Of a DNA stretch of 64,000 bases, positions 1-11,305 are shown piece by piece (the first letter of the stretch is position 1; the number at the start of each line of letters is the position of its first letter). A program made the position numbers and the translations under genes. The notes beneath the pieces were generated by a model. That model was not told where the DNA came from. It did not search any database and saw nothing but the letters and a program-made list of their open reading frames with translations. Source of the stretch: Xanthomarina sp. (lineage in GTDB: Bacteria > Bacteroidota > Bacteroidia > Flavobacteriales > Flavobacteriaceae); NCBI GenBank assembly GCA_035306605.1, contig DATGNR010000033.1; one strand, written 5' to 3'.

Positions 1-213
1 GCTCATTTCATTGTTTATGAAAGTGTTTTGGTCATTAGGAGGGTGGGCTATTTGCCGTTTACTATCCCAGTCATCAGGTTTAATAAATAATCCTGTGGCA
101 AATTGTTTTCTTTTACTCATAAATGTCAATCTACAAAATAATGGAACTAATCCTTTTTTGTTTATTCTGCTTGGTGAAATGACAAATAAAATTTTTAACA
201 TATATGTATTCAT
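1..213 (-). CDS. Site-specific tyrosine integrase, N-terminal arm DNA-binding domain (partial, runs off the window start)
   Basis: Manual translation from ATG at 213 is open to base 1: MNTYMLKILFVISPSRINKKGLVPLFCRLTFMSKRKQFATGLFIKPDDWDSKRQ. This fits the Bacteroidota integrase N-terminal pattern (NKxGxxPxxxRxT...RKxFxTG...WD). It lies just 3' of a tRNA. Confidence 0.85.
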   Translation of the reverse strand, partial: MNTYMLKILFVISPSRINKKGLVPLFCRLTFMSKRKQFATGLFIKPDDWDSKRQIAHPPNDQNTFINNEMS

Positions 214-248
214 AATTTTATATTGTATTGATTTATAGTTATTTAATA

Positions 249-279
249 TGCAACCCAAGAAATTTATGTTGCAACCCAA
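249..279. repeat. Direct repeat TGCAACCCAA x2, 21 bp apart (candidate integrase arm-type sites)
   Basis: Exact 10-mer at 249-258 and 270-279, between the integrase and the tRNA. Confidence 0.5.
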
Positions 280-370
280 ATTGTGTGCCTTTTTTTAATG
301 AATTTCATGAAAGGATATAGAAAAGTGTAAAGTGCAGGTAGTGCAAGGAATGCAGTTATAATGGGGCATA

Positions 371-410
371 AAACAAAAAAAGCCTCTACATTTCTGTAAA
401 GGCTTTGTTT
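371..410 (-). terminator. Hairpin/terminator downstream of tRNA-Asn
   Basis: AAAGCCTcTACA-tttc-TGTAaAGGCTTT inverted repeat; the A-tract at 376-381 reads as a U-tract on the minus strand. Confidence 0.65.
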
Positions 411-416
411 AACTTG

Positions 417-490
417 CTCCTCCTCTTGGGCTCGAACCAAGGACCCTCTGATTAACAGTCAGATGCTCTAACCAACTGAGCTAAGGAGGA
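417..490 (-). tRNA. tRNA-Asn (GTT)
   Basis: Reverse complement TCCTCCTTAGCTCAGTTGGTTAGAGCATCTGACTGTTAATCAGAGGGTCCTTGGTTCGAGCCCAAGAGGAGGAG forms a cloverleaf with GTT anticodon and GGTTCGA T-loop; CCA not encoded. Confidence 0.97.
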
Positions 491-588
491 GTGTTGTTGT
501 CTTTTTAAGTCTTTTTTCTGACTTCCACATTTTCTATTTCATCTGCTTTGGCAGTTTCTTAGTCATGTGTTTTTTGCGTTAGCGAGTG

Positions 589-596
589 CAAATATA
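589..596 (-). promoter_or_regulatory. Bacteroidota primary-sigma -7 element (TATATTTG) for the tRNA
   Basis: Matches the TAnnTTTG consensus ~100 bp upstream of the tRNA. Confidence 0.65.
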
Positions 597-635
597 TATT
601 AAAATTTAGTTATTGCAAACAAATTTTAAAAAAAA

Positions 636-1979
636 TTAATTAAAAATTGCTTTAAAGATATCATTCCCGTTTGCAAACAAAACTAAAGTAATTAATAACA
701 CGAATCCTACCAATTGTGCGTACTCTAAAAACTTGTCGCTAGGCTTTCTCCCTGAGACCATTTCATACAATAAAAACATTACATGTCCACCATCTAATGC
801 TGGAATTGGCAATAGGTTTAAAAAACCTAACATAATAGATAAAAAGGCTGTAATGCTCCAAAATACTTGCCAGCTCCAATAGTTTGGAAATATATCGTAA
901 ATAGCTTTAAATCCACCTACACCCTTATAAGCACCTGTACTTGGAGTGAAAATAGCCTTAACCTGTTTTATATACGAACTCAATTTATCTTTAGACTTTA
1001 CAAATCCAATTGGAATAGCTTCTAAGAAACCGTATTTTTGAGTTTCAAATTTATAATAACCCAATCTCTCAAGGTTATCTAATGTAATCCCTCCGTAAAC
1101 AACACCAATTTTCCCTTCGTTGCTAATACTTAATGGGATTTGTAATTTTTCTTGATCTCTAACAATTGTAGCTTCCACTTCTTGTCCTTTAAAAGTTTCA
1201 AGAGCCGGAATTACCTCATCTATATATTTTGTTGGTTGTCCATTAAAGGCTGTAATGATATCGCCTTTCATAATTCCACTTCCTTTATTAAAAGATGAAT
1301 CTGGAACATCGGCAACTACAAATGGCATTCTTAAATCTATAAATGATTTCTCTTTAGAATCTATTAATTGCGCTAAAAAATCTTCTGGCAAGGTGATGGT
1401 TTCTTGTTGTCCACCTCTTTCAATAACAACACTTTTTCCGAATAACACTTTTTCAGAAATCTGTGAAAAACGGTCTATCTTTTCACCATCTACGGAAATA
1501 ATTTTATCGCCTGTTAAAAGTCCTGCTTTCTGTGCTACCGTACTTTCTATTAAAAGTCCATCCGTAATATTTTCATTTGGAAGAATTTTATCGCCATAAT
1601 ACCAACTCATTCCTATATATATAAGAATGGCTAATACAAAATTTACAGTAACTCCACCTAACATAATAATTAAACGTTGCCAAGCTGGTTTTGAACGGAA
1701 TTCCCAAGGCTGTGGTGGTAGGGCCATTTGTTCTTTATCCATGCTTTCGTCTATCATTCCTGATATTTTAACATAGCCTCCAAGTGGCAACCAACCTATT
1801 CCGTATACTGTATCTCCAATTTTCTTTTTGAATAATGAAAACTTGACATCGAAAAACAAATAAAATTTTTCAACTCTAGTTTTAAAAAGTTTGGCAGGAA
1901 CAAAATGCCCTAATTCGTGCAAAACAATTAATAAGGAAAGACTCAATAAGAATTGAGATATTTTTATAAAAAACTCCAT
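636..1979 (-). CDS. rseP: RIP (site-2) zinc metalloprotease RseP, peptidase M50 with PDZ domains
   Basis: HELGH, GGYVKISGM and NLLPIPALDGGH motifs. Confidence 0.95.
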   Translation of the reverse strand: MEFFIKISQFLLSLSLLIVLHELGHFVPAKLFKTRVEKFYLFFDVKFSLFKKKIGDTVYGIGWLPLGGYVKISGMIDESMDKEQMALPPQPWEFRSKPAWQRLIIMLGGVTVNFVLAILIYIGMSWYYGDKILPNENITDGLLIESTVAQKAGLLTGDKIISVDGEKIDRFSQISEKVLFGKSVVIERGGQQETITLPEDFLAQLIDSKEKSFIDLRMPFVVADVPDSSFNKGSGIMKGDIITAFNGQPTKYIDEVIPALETFKGQEVEATIVRDQEKLQIPLSISNEGKIGVVYGGITLDNLERLGYYKFETQKYGFLEAIPIGFVKSKDKLSSYIKQVKAIFTPSTGAYKGVGGFKAIYDIFPNYWSWQVFWSITAFLSIMLGFLNLLPIPALDGGHVMFLLYEMVSGRKPSDKFLEYAQLVGFVLLITLVLFANGNDIFKAIFN

Positions 1980-2058
1980 GTATCTTTTTCTCTAGTATAA
2001 ATTAATCTGCAAAAGTAGTGTTTTAACAGCATTTAGAAAACATTTACTTAGCTATTAC

Positions 2059-3996
<1,938 letters not shown>

Positions 3997-4089
3997 AGTT
4001 ATATATTTAAGATGTTAAATTTACCGAAAAAACACTTATCTGTCGTATTTTTGCAAATAAATCTCCCAAAAAATTCAAATTAAATAGAA

Positions 4090-4761
4090 ATGCTCTCATT
4101 TTTTAAAGATTATAAATACTTCGCTATTGTATTTGCTTGTCTATGTTTGATTATAATTACCATAATCTATAATATATTCGATGTATACAAACCTTTACCT
4201 ATTTATCAACCAGCCATGGTTAACACTGAAATGGTAGATAGTACGATTCAATACAAAAAGAAATATCACAAAATTGCCGATTTCAGCCTGATTAACCAAA
4301 ATGGCGAAACCATAACGGCAGACTCATACAAGGATAAAATATATGTTGCCGATTTCTTTTTTACAACCTGCCAAACTATTTGCCCGATTATGACCGATCA
4401 CATGGTTCTAATTCAAAAAGAAATTAAGGACGATCAGGATGTTATGCTACTCTCGCATACAGTTACTCCAGATATTGACAGTGTAGCACAACTCAAAAAA
4501 TACGCCCTAGAAAAAGGAGTTATTGATGCTAAATGGAACTTAGTGACTGGAAATAAAAAAGAAATTTACGAATTAGCAAGGAAAAGCTACTTAGCCGTGA
4601 AAACAGATGGCCTTGGAGATGCATACGATATGATCCATACCGAAAACTTCATGTTAATTGACAAAAAACGTCAAATTAGAGGGTATTATGACGGTACCAA
4701 CCCTGAAGATATTTCTAGATTACTTGAGGAGATTGCAATCTTAAAAGAAGAATATAAGTAG
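4090..4761 (+). CDS. SCO1/SenC family copper chaperone
   Basis: FFFTTCQTICP (CxxxC) and conserved downstream His (IHTENF). Confidence 0.92.
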   Translation: MLSFFKDYKYFAIVFACLCLIIITIIYNIFDVYKPLPIYQPAMVNTEMVDSTIQYKKKYHKIADFSLINQNGETITADSYKDKIYVADFFFTTCQTICPIMTDHMVLIQKEIKDDQDVMLLSHTVTPDIDSVAQLKKYALEKGVIDAKWNLVTGNKKEIYELARKSYLAVKTDGLGDAYDMIHTENFMLIDKKRQIRGYYDGTNPEDISRLLEEIAILKEEYK

Positions 4762-4812
4762 TTTTATAGGTTACAATTTTTTTAGAGAAAATTTTTATTC
4801 TACTTTTGCTTC

Positions 4813-4832
4813 TTTAAAATCAATCTAAATAA
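4813..4832. promoter_or_regulatory. Putative iron-repressor (Fur-like) operator upstream of feoA
   Basis: TTTAAA-N5-TCTAAATAA directly before the feoA start; resembles the palindromes at 8528 and 27221. Confidence 0.5.
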
Positions 4833-4834
4833 GC

Positions 4835-5068
4835 TTGCAAGTTACACTAGCACATCTAAAAAAAGGAGAGAAAGCCATTATAACTGATGTTTCTTCCATT
4901 TATATTCCTTTAAAGCTCCTCGAAATGGGTTGTTTACCAGGGAACGAAGTCGAGCTTCTTCAAGTGGCTCCATTTTCAGATCCTCTGTACCTTAATATAA
5001 ACGGAACACATTTGGCTATAAGAAAAGAAACTGCCATGCATGTTTTAATAGAAATCTGTAATGAGTAA
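4835..5068 (+). CDS. feoA: Ferrous iron transport protein A
   Basis: LLEMGCLPG..APFSDP..LAIRK; overlaps the feoB start. Confidence 0.93.
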   Translation: MQVTLAHLKKGEKAIITDVSSIYIPLKLLEMGCLPGNEVELLQVAPFSDPLYLNINGTHLAIRKETAMHVLIEICNE

Positions 5069-7160
5069 GCAACTAAACGTAGCCCTAATAGGAAACCCAA
5101 ATACTGGAAAAACTTCAGTTTTTAACGCCCTAACAGGCATGAACCAAAAGGTTGGAAACTATCCAGGAATTACCGTAGAAAAGAAAGAAGGAATCTGCAA
5201 ACTCCCTCGTGGTGTAAAAGCTCACGTTATAGATTTACCTGGAACTTATAGTCTAAACGCATCTTCATTAGACGAAAATGTGGTTATTGAGTTGTTATTA
5301 AACAAAAACGACAAAGATTTCCCAGATGTAGCTGTGGTAATTAGCGACGTTGAGAATTTAAAAAGAAACCTACTTTTATTCACCCAAATAAAAGACTTAG
5401 AAATACCTGTTATTCTTGCTATAAACATGGCGGATAGAATGAAATACAAAGGTATTTCGTTAGATATTCCTTATTTAGAAAAGCAGCTTAACACTAAGAT
5501 TGCTCTAATAAGCACCAGAAAAAATGAGGGTATTGACAAGTTGAAAGAATTGATTTTTAACTACAGAGAGTTATCTGTTTCACCTTGTTTAAATGCTTCC
5601 GAAATTGACAAAAAATATTTTGAAGATCTACAAAAAGCATTTCCAAACCAATTATTATACAAACTTTGGTTGGTAATTACACAGGATGTTAACTTTGGAA
5701 AAACAGATAGAAATGACTTTGATTTGGTGGCAGATTTTAAAACAAAATCAAAAGCCGATTTAAAACGATTACAGCAAAAAGAAACTGTAAAACGTTACCA
5801 ATTTATAAACCATGTTCTTAAAAAAGGACAAACCATAGATCTGAGTACAGCTAAGGATTTACGTATAAAATTAGATAGAATATTAACTCACAAAGTTTGG
5901 GGTTATGCTATTTTTATCCTTATACTTTTACTTATTTTCCAAGCCATTTACGACTGGTCTGAGATTCCTATGAATTTTATTGATGCTAGCTTTGCCTCTC
6001 TAAGCGATTGGACAAAAAATGCGTTACCAGCCGGTACCTTCACCAATTTATTAGCCGAAGGAATTATTCCAGGACTTGGAGGGATAGTTATTTTTATTCC
6101 ACAAATTGCTTTCCTTTTCTTATTTATTTCTGTCTTGGAGGAGAGCGGTTATATGAGTCGTGTGGTCTTTTTAATGGACCGCGGTATGAGACGTTTTGGA
6201 CTAAGTGGAAAAAGTGTTGTACCCTTGGTTTCAGGAACAGCATGTGCCATTCCAGCTATTATGGCCACAAGAAACATTGAAAGTTGGAAAGAACGTTTAA
6301 TCACTATTTTAGTTACTCCATTTACTACCTGTTCCGCACGGCTACCGGTTTACTTAATTATTATCTCGTTGGTTATTCCTGATGGTCGTTTTCTAGGATT
6401 AAGTTATCAGGCTTTAACTTTAATGTTACTTTATTTAATTGGTTTTGGAGCTGCTTTAATATCAGCTATGATATTAAATAAAATATTGAAAATTAAAAGC
6501 AAATCTTTTTTTGTAGTAGAAATGCCCAACTACAAATTGCCATTAATTAAAAACGTGTTTTTAACTGTAGTTGAAAAAACAAAGTCCTTTGTATTTGGAG
6601 CTGGAAAAATAATTCTAGCCATTTCTATAGTACTGTGGTTCCTGGCGTCTTATGGTCCTGGAGAAGAATTTAATAATGCAGAAGAACTTATAACCGAAAG
6701 ATTCGCAGATCAAAATTTATCAGAAGCAGAACTTGATAACGAAATAGCCTCTCAAAAACTAGAGTATTCCTTTATTGGATTAACAGGTCGTGCCATAGAA
6801 CCTGTAATTAGACCTTTAGGATACGATTGGAAAATAGGGATAGCTTTAATTAGCTCGTTTGCTGCTAGAGAAGTATTTGTTGGAACTTTAGCCACTATTT
6901 ACAGTGTTGGCAGCGATGAGGAAGAAACCATTAAAAACAGAATGGCTGGAGAAGTAAACCCTATTCTAGGTGGCCCCTTATTTAATTTTGCCTCAGGAAT
7001 TTCTTTATTGCTATTCTACGCCTTTGCTATGCAATGTATGAGTACACTCGCTATTGTAAAACGAGAAACTAACAGTTGGAAATGGCCTGTTTTACAATTG
7101 GTTTTAATGACCCTTTTCGCCTATATAGTTGCATTAATTGCCTACCAATTATTAATTTAA
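5061..7160 (+). CDS. feoB: Ferrous iron transport protein B
   Basis: GNPNTGKT, VGNYPGITVE, DLPGTYSL GTPase motifs plus gate/membrane domains. Confidence 0.97.
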   Translation: MSKQLNVALIGNPNTGKTSVFNALTGMNQKVGNYPGITVEKKEGICKLPRGVKAHVIDLPGTYSLNASSLDENVVIELLLNKNDKDFPDVAVVISDVENLKRNLLLFTQIKDLEIPVILAINMADRMKYKGISLDIPYLEKQLNTKIALISTRKNEGIDKLKELIFNYRELSVSPCLNASEIDKKYFEDLQKAFPNQLLYKLWLVITQDVNFGKTDRNDFDLVADFKTKSKADLKRLQQKETVKRYQFINHVLKKGQTIDLSTAKDLRIKLDRILTHKVWGYAIFILILLLIFQAIYDWSEIPMNFIDASFASLSDWTKNALPAGTFTNLLAEGIIPGLGGIVIFIPQIAFLFLFISVLEESGYMSRVVFLMDRGMRRFGLSGKSVVPLVSGTACAIPAIMATRNIESWKERLITILVTPFTTCSARLPVYLIIISLVIPDGRFLGLSYQALTLMLLYLIGFGAALISAMILNKILKIKSKSFFVVEMPNYKLPLIKNVFLTVVEKTKSFVFGAGKIILAISIVLWFLASYGPGEEFNNAEELITERFADQNLSEAELDNEIASQKLEYSFIGLTGRAIEPVIRPLGYDWKIGIALISSFAAREVFVGTLATIYSVGSDEEETIKNRMAGEVNPILGGPLFNFASGISLLLFYAFAMQCMSTLAIVKRETNSWKWPVLQLVLMTLFAYIVALIAYQLLI

Positions 7161-7190
7161 GGTTTTAATAAACATTACGACTAAAACATT

Positions 7191-7328
7191 ATGAATGAAC
7201 TTTTCCAAAATATCTTAGCCTTTACAGCCCTTTTTATGGCTCTAGCTTTTTTAGTGAAGAAATTCTTTTGGAAAAAATCGAAGGCAAAAAAAGGAATAAA
7301 AGCGCACGATTGCGATAATTGCCATTAA
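7191..7328 (+). CDS. FeoB-associated Cys-rich small membrane protein (45 aa, not in ORF track)
   Basis: MNELFQNILAFTALFMALAFLVKKFFWKKSKAKKGIKAHDCDNCH*: one TM segment, basic linker, terminal CxxCH; 30 bp after feoB. Confidence 0.8.
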   Translation: MNELFQNILAFTALFMALAFLVKKFFWKKSKAKKGIKAHDCDNCH

Positions 7329-7354
7329 AAAATTCGGTTTAAAATCTATTTTAC

Positions 7355-7780
7355 CTAATTAGAAATTTCTAACTGGAGGTAATACTCTTCTTTTTTAAGG
7401 TTTCTGTTTGTATTTAAATTAGGTAAAATACCTAGGGCCATTATTGTAGATTTTTCAGAAGAAAATAAAGTGACTAATTTTTTGTTTATCCTTTTTCCTG
7501 GTTGAAATAATAACTTTTTCTGATCTATAACAACATCGTCTTTAATAATATCCACCAATACAGAAGCTTCTCCAGCCCAAACACATGTAACATCCTCTGG
7601 ACAACGAGAATCAGATAAAACTTCGGAAAATTTTATCTGAACATCTTCCACATGATAGGATTTTCCGAAAAATAATTTCGCTACAATTTTTGGTGCTTCA
7701 ACCTTTACATTTACCGAATCTTGAGAAAAGCCGAATAAAAAACAAAAAAAACACCCGAGAAAAAGAACTTGCTTCATCAT
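7355..7780 (-). CDS. Hypothetical exported protein (DSRCPxxxxCVWAG motif)
   Basis: 141-aa ORF with signal peptide and Cys pair. Confidence 0.75.
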   Translation of the reverse strand: MMKQVLFLGCFFCFLFGFSQDSVNVKVEAPKIVAKLFFGKSYHVEDVQIKFSEVLSDSRCPEDVTCVWAGEASVLVDIIKDDVVIDQKKLLFQPGKRINKKLVTLFSSEKSTIMALGILPNLNTNRNLKKEEYYLQLEISN

Positions 7781-7820
7781 AATATTATGTATAAATTAGT
7801 TTCAATATACCTCCTACCAA

Positions 7821-8477
7821 TTATACTTTCTGAAGATATAAATTTTGTGCTACACTGTTAGAAACTGTCATCTCAAGTCCGTTAACTTTAATTTTTATCG
7901 AACTATCAAAAACTTCCTTATACAGCACTTCAATTTTTGTTCCAAGTTCTATTTTATTATTATTTAAATACTGCAAAAACTCCGAAGAACTATCGTTCAC
8001 CCCAACACAACTATAGGTTTCTCCAATTTGGGCTTGAGCCAACATAATTTTATCTACTAGGGTAAAGTCCCCATGTTTATCTGGAATAGGATCTCCATGT
8101 GGATCATGGGTTGGGTAGCCTAAAAATGCATCTAGCTTGTCTATTAGTTTTTGAGATTTAATATGCTCTAACTGCTCTGCTAGCTCATGAACCTCATCCC
8201 AAGAAAAACACAACTTATCCACTAAAAAAACTTCCCAAAGTCTATGTTTCCTAATTACATTGATTGCTATTTTATTTCCAGCATCCGTAAGAATGGCTCC
8301 TTGGTATTTTTTATAGTCCACATAGGATTTATCAGCCAACTTCTTAACCATGTCTGTCGCAGATGACGCTTTTGTACTCATAGCTTCTGCTAAAGCATTG
8401 GTGCTAACCATCTCCTTTCCGTGTTTACTTAAGTGGTAAATGGTTTTTATATAATTTTCTTCTGTAAGCGTTATCAT
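7821..8477 (-). CDS. mntR: DtxR/MntR-family metal-dependent repressor with C-terminal FeoA-like domain
   Basis: EENYIKTIY, RKHRLWEVFL, AEQLEH, DPHGDPIP. ATG at 8477 preferred because a TATATTTG promoter element overlaps the 8498 start. Confidence 0.92.
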   Translation of the reverse strand: MITLTEENYIKTIYHLSKHGKEMVSTNALAEAMSTKASSATDMVKKLADKSYVDYKKYQGAILTDAGNKIAINVIRKHRLWEVFLVDKLCFSWDEVHELAEQLEHIKSQKLIDKLDAFLGYPTHDPHGDPIPDKHGDFTLVDKIMLAQAQIGETYSCVGVNDSSSEFLQYLNNNKIELGTKIEVLYKEVFDSSIKIKVNGLEMTVSNSVAQNLYLQKV

Positions 8478-8527
8478 CTTAAATTTTATTACACACAAAT
8501 ATAAAACAATTAAATAACAAATATATT

Positions 8528-8543
8528 TTTAGACTAATCTAAA
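8528..8543. promoter_or_regulatory. Palindromic operator TTTAGA-CTAA-TCTAAA, candidate MntR/DtxR site
   Basis: Perfect 6-4-6 palindrome between mntR and the divergent uptake genes. Confidence 0.65.
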
Positions 8544-8580
8544 TAGATATTTATATTTACTGAATTTTATTTAAAATAAA

Positions 8581-9494
8581 ACTAATTTACCTGGTTGAGG
8601 AGAACTAAATGTAGACGCCGGATTTAAAGCTAATATTGGAAACACGTTTTATGTAGCACAACAACGTATTGCATTTGGGCAATTTATCTGAGACAAAGAA
8701 CTTAACAACCACGATCTTTTATTTGGTACTGCCTTAGATATAATTATTATAATGACAACACCACAGCAACCCCAATAGCTAACGAACTAACAATTCCCTC
8801 TCTTTTTGTTCAAGATGAGATTAAGTTTAATTTAAAACAAAGTTTATTACTTGGTTTGCATTACGATTACGACACCCGCCATGGAAATATATTTACACCA
8901 CGTATCGCTTATAAGTTTAAACCACCCGACAACGATATTTTTCGTTTAAATGCAGGAACAGGTTTTAGAGTTGTTCATTTATATACTGAAGAGCGCGCAG
9001 CCATAATTGGTGCTCAAGATGTAATTATTGAAGAAGAGTTAAAACAAGAAGAGTCTTATAACGTAAATATCAATTATCTAAAAAACTATATACTAGGAGC
9101 GGCATGCATTTTACTTTTGATACATCTGCATGGTTAACCTATTTTACTAATGCTATTATTCCTGATTATGATACCCATCCCAACCAAATTATTTATTCAA
9201 ACCTAGAAGGCTATTCAATTCCAAAGGGATTGGTTTTAATGCAGATGCTATTTTTTAAGCTGGTATTAGAGCCTCTATAGGGGCCACTTTACAAGATGTT
9301 TCACAAACAAAGGAAATCCTTTTATCATAGCTAGAGCAGACGATCCGTTTGACGAAAATGTTATTTTCGATACTAGTGGAAATCTAGTTCCAACAGCAGA
9401 CAATCCGTACACCTTAACCTTTAGTCCAGATTATGCATCTGGCCAAAACCAAGGCATTCGCTTATTCTTTGGACTTAGATACCAACTTCATTAA
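8581..9494 (+). pseudogene. Degraded TonB-dependent outer-membrane receptor
   Basis: Fragments FVQDEIKF, HGNIFTPRIAYK, RLNAGTGFRVV, EESYNVNINY and C-terminal GIRLFFGLRYQLH*. In-frame TGA at 8596 and 8689, frameshifts (~8733, ~9085 and later); no N-terminal plug or signal peptide. Confidence 0.85.
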
Positions 9495-9539
9495 AAAATA
9501 AATAGTTTTTTAGTAACTTCGCAATAAATATTTAGACGG

Positions 9540-10451
9540 ATGAAAAGATTTATTTTTTCCTTTATAATTCTTGGTGTTTTATTTAGTTGTAAAAACACCC
9601 AGGAGACCAATGGCAAACTAAACATAGTAACCACCACCACGATGATTACGGATTTAGTAAAAAACATTGGGGGAGAAAAAATCAACCTTCAAGGATTAAT
9701 GGGAAGTGGTGTAGACCCCCATCTTTATAAAGCCAGTGAAGGTGATGTTTCCAAACTAGCAAACGCCGACCTCATATTTTATGGCGGCTTACATTTAGAA
9801 GGAAAATTAGTTGAAGTATTTGAAAAAATGGGACGTCAAAATATTAAAGCCATTGCCATTTCCGATGCCTTAAATCAGAACACGCTAATTTCTTCAAACA
9901 ATTTTGCTGGCAATTACGATCCACATATCTGGTTTGATATAGATTATTGGATAGAAATCACCCAGTATGTAGCGAAGCAACTATCCAAAGTTGACCCAAA
10001 AAACAACGAATTCTATGAAGCTAATGCCTTAACCTATATAGAAAAACTTAAAGTTTTAAAAGAAGAATTGTATACAACTATAGCAGCTCTTCCGGAAGAT
10101 AAACGTATTTTAGTAACAGCTCACGATGCTTTTAGTTACTTTGGAAAAGCTTTTAATTTTGAAGTCGTTGGCTTGCAAGGGCTATCTACCGCAACTGAGG
10201 CTGGGGTTCAAGATGTTCAAAAACTAGCAGTATTTATTATTGATAAAAAAATTAAAGCTATTTTTATTGAAAGCTCCGTTCCTAAACGAACTATTGAAGC
10301 TTTACAAGCTGCAGTAGTGTCTACCGGGCATCAAGTAGCTATTGGTGGCACACTGTATTCAGACGCACTTGGAAACGCAGGAACCGCCGAAGGCACTTAC
10401 ATTGGTATGTTTGAATACAACGTAAACACCATAGTAACTGCTTTAAAGTAA
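9540..10451 (+). CDS. Mn/Zn ABC transporter substrate-binding lipoprotein (TroA/MntA-like)
   Basis: Lipobox LFSC; DPHLY, DPHIWF, VTAHDAFSYF, YSDALG. Confidence 0.93.
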   Translation: MKRFIFSFIILGVLFSCKNTQETNGKLNIVTTTTMITDLVKNIGGEKINLQGLMGSGVDPHLYKASEGDVSKLANADLIFYGGLHLEGKLVEVFEKMGRQNIKAIAISDALNQNTLISSNNFAGNYDPHIWFDIDYWIEITQYVAKQLSKVDPKNNEFYEANALTYIEKLKVLKEELYTTIAALPEDKRILVTAHDAFSYFGKAFNFEVVGLQGLSTATEAGVQDVQKLAVFIIDKKIKAIFIESSVPKRTIEALQAAVVSTGHQVAIGGTLYSDALGNAGTAEGTYIGMFEYNVNTIVTALK

Positions 10452-10531
10452 ACCTTAAAAAGTGTCCGTTAGGACGAAGAAGTGACTTACACTTAATTCT
10501 TCAGCATCTATATAAACTAAAAATACCATAG

Positions 10532-11305
10532 GTGAACGAAATAAAAACAAATAAAGAGACTCCGGCTTTTACAGGTAAAATGGCGGTACAAGTAGATGAT
10601 TTAACTGTTGCTTACAACTACAAGCCAGTACTTTGGGATATTGATTTAGAAATTCCAGAAGGTATCCTTATGGCAATTGTTGGCCCAAATGGAGCAGGAA
10701 AATCCACTTTAATAAAAGCAATTTTAGGGATATTAAAACCCATAGCTGGAAGCGTTAGCATCTACGGAAAACCTTACGACAAGCAACGTAAGTTAGTTGC
10801 TTATGTTCCACAGAAAGGAAGTGTTGATTGGGACTTCCCTACTACAGCGCTAGACGTCGTATTAATGGGAACTTATGGTAGCTTAGGATGGATTAAACGT
10901 CCTAAATTAAAAGAGAAAAAAGCCGCATTAGAAGCTTTAGAAAAAGTAGGGATGTTAGCCTTTCAATCCAGACAAATCAGTCAGCTTTCAGGAGGTCAAC
11001 AACAACGGATATTCTTAGCTCGCGCCTTAGTTCAAGATGCATCAATTTATTTTATGGATGAGCCTTTTCAAGGTGTAGACGTCACTACAGAAATTGCCAT
11101 CATAAATATTCTTAAAGAACTACGAAAAGCAGGAAAAACGGTAATTGTAGTACATCACGACTTACAGACTGTTCCTGAATATTTCGATTGGGTAACCTTT
11201 TTAAATGTGAAAAAAATTGCCACAGGACCAGTTAGGGATATTTTTAATGATGACAACTTAACAAAAACCTACGGCATTAATTATAAAGTAAGTATTCAAA
11301 AATAA
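10532..11305 (+). CDS. Mn/Zn ABC transporter ATP-binding protein (TroB-like)
   Basis: [27 protein letters not shown]; alternative ATG at 10580. Confidence 0.95.
   Translation: MNEIKTNKETPAFTGKMAVQVDDLTVAYNYKPVLWDIDLEIPEGILMAIVGPNGAGKSTLIKAILGILKPIAGSVSIYGKPYDKQRKLVAYVPQKGSVDWDFPTTALDVVLMGTYGSLGWIKRPKLKEKKAALEALEKVGMLAFQSRQISQLSGGQQQRIFLARALVQDASIYFMDEPFQGVDVTTEIAIINILKELRKAGKTVIVVHHDLQTVPEYFDWVTFLNVKKIATGPVRDIFNDDNLTKTYGINYKVSIQK

Larger units (their letters stand above)
1..416. mobile_element. Boundary (att-proximal end) of a putative integrative element inserted at the 3' end of tRNA-Asn
   Basis: Integrase start ~200 bp downstream of the tRNA 3' end, with short direct repeats between them. 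The rest of the element is outside the window. Confidence 0.6.

Noticed and set aside
11-238. 75-aa + strand ORF in the ORF track
   Set aside because: Antisense shadow of the integrase N-terminus on the minus strand
8596-8691. Two in-frame TGA codons at probable Trp positions, suggesting recoding or an alternative genetic code
   Set aside because: The same region has frameshifts and deletions, and intact genes read through with TGG for Trp; ordinary pseudogene decay explains it
8856-9137. 93-aa ORF as a standalone gene
   Set aside because: Internal fragment of the TonB-dependent receptor pseudogene
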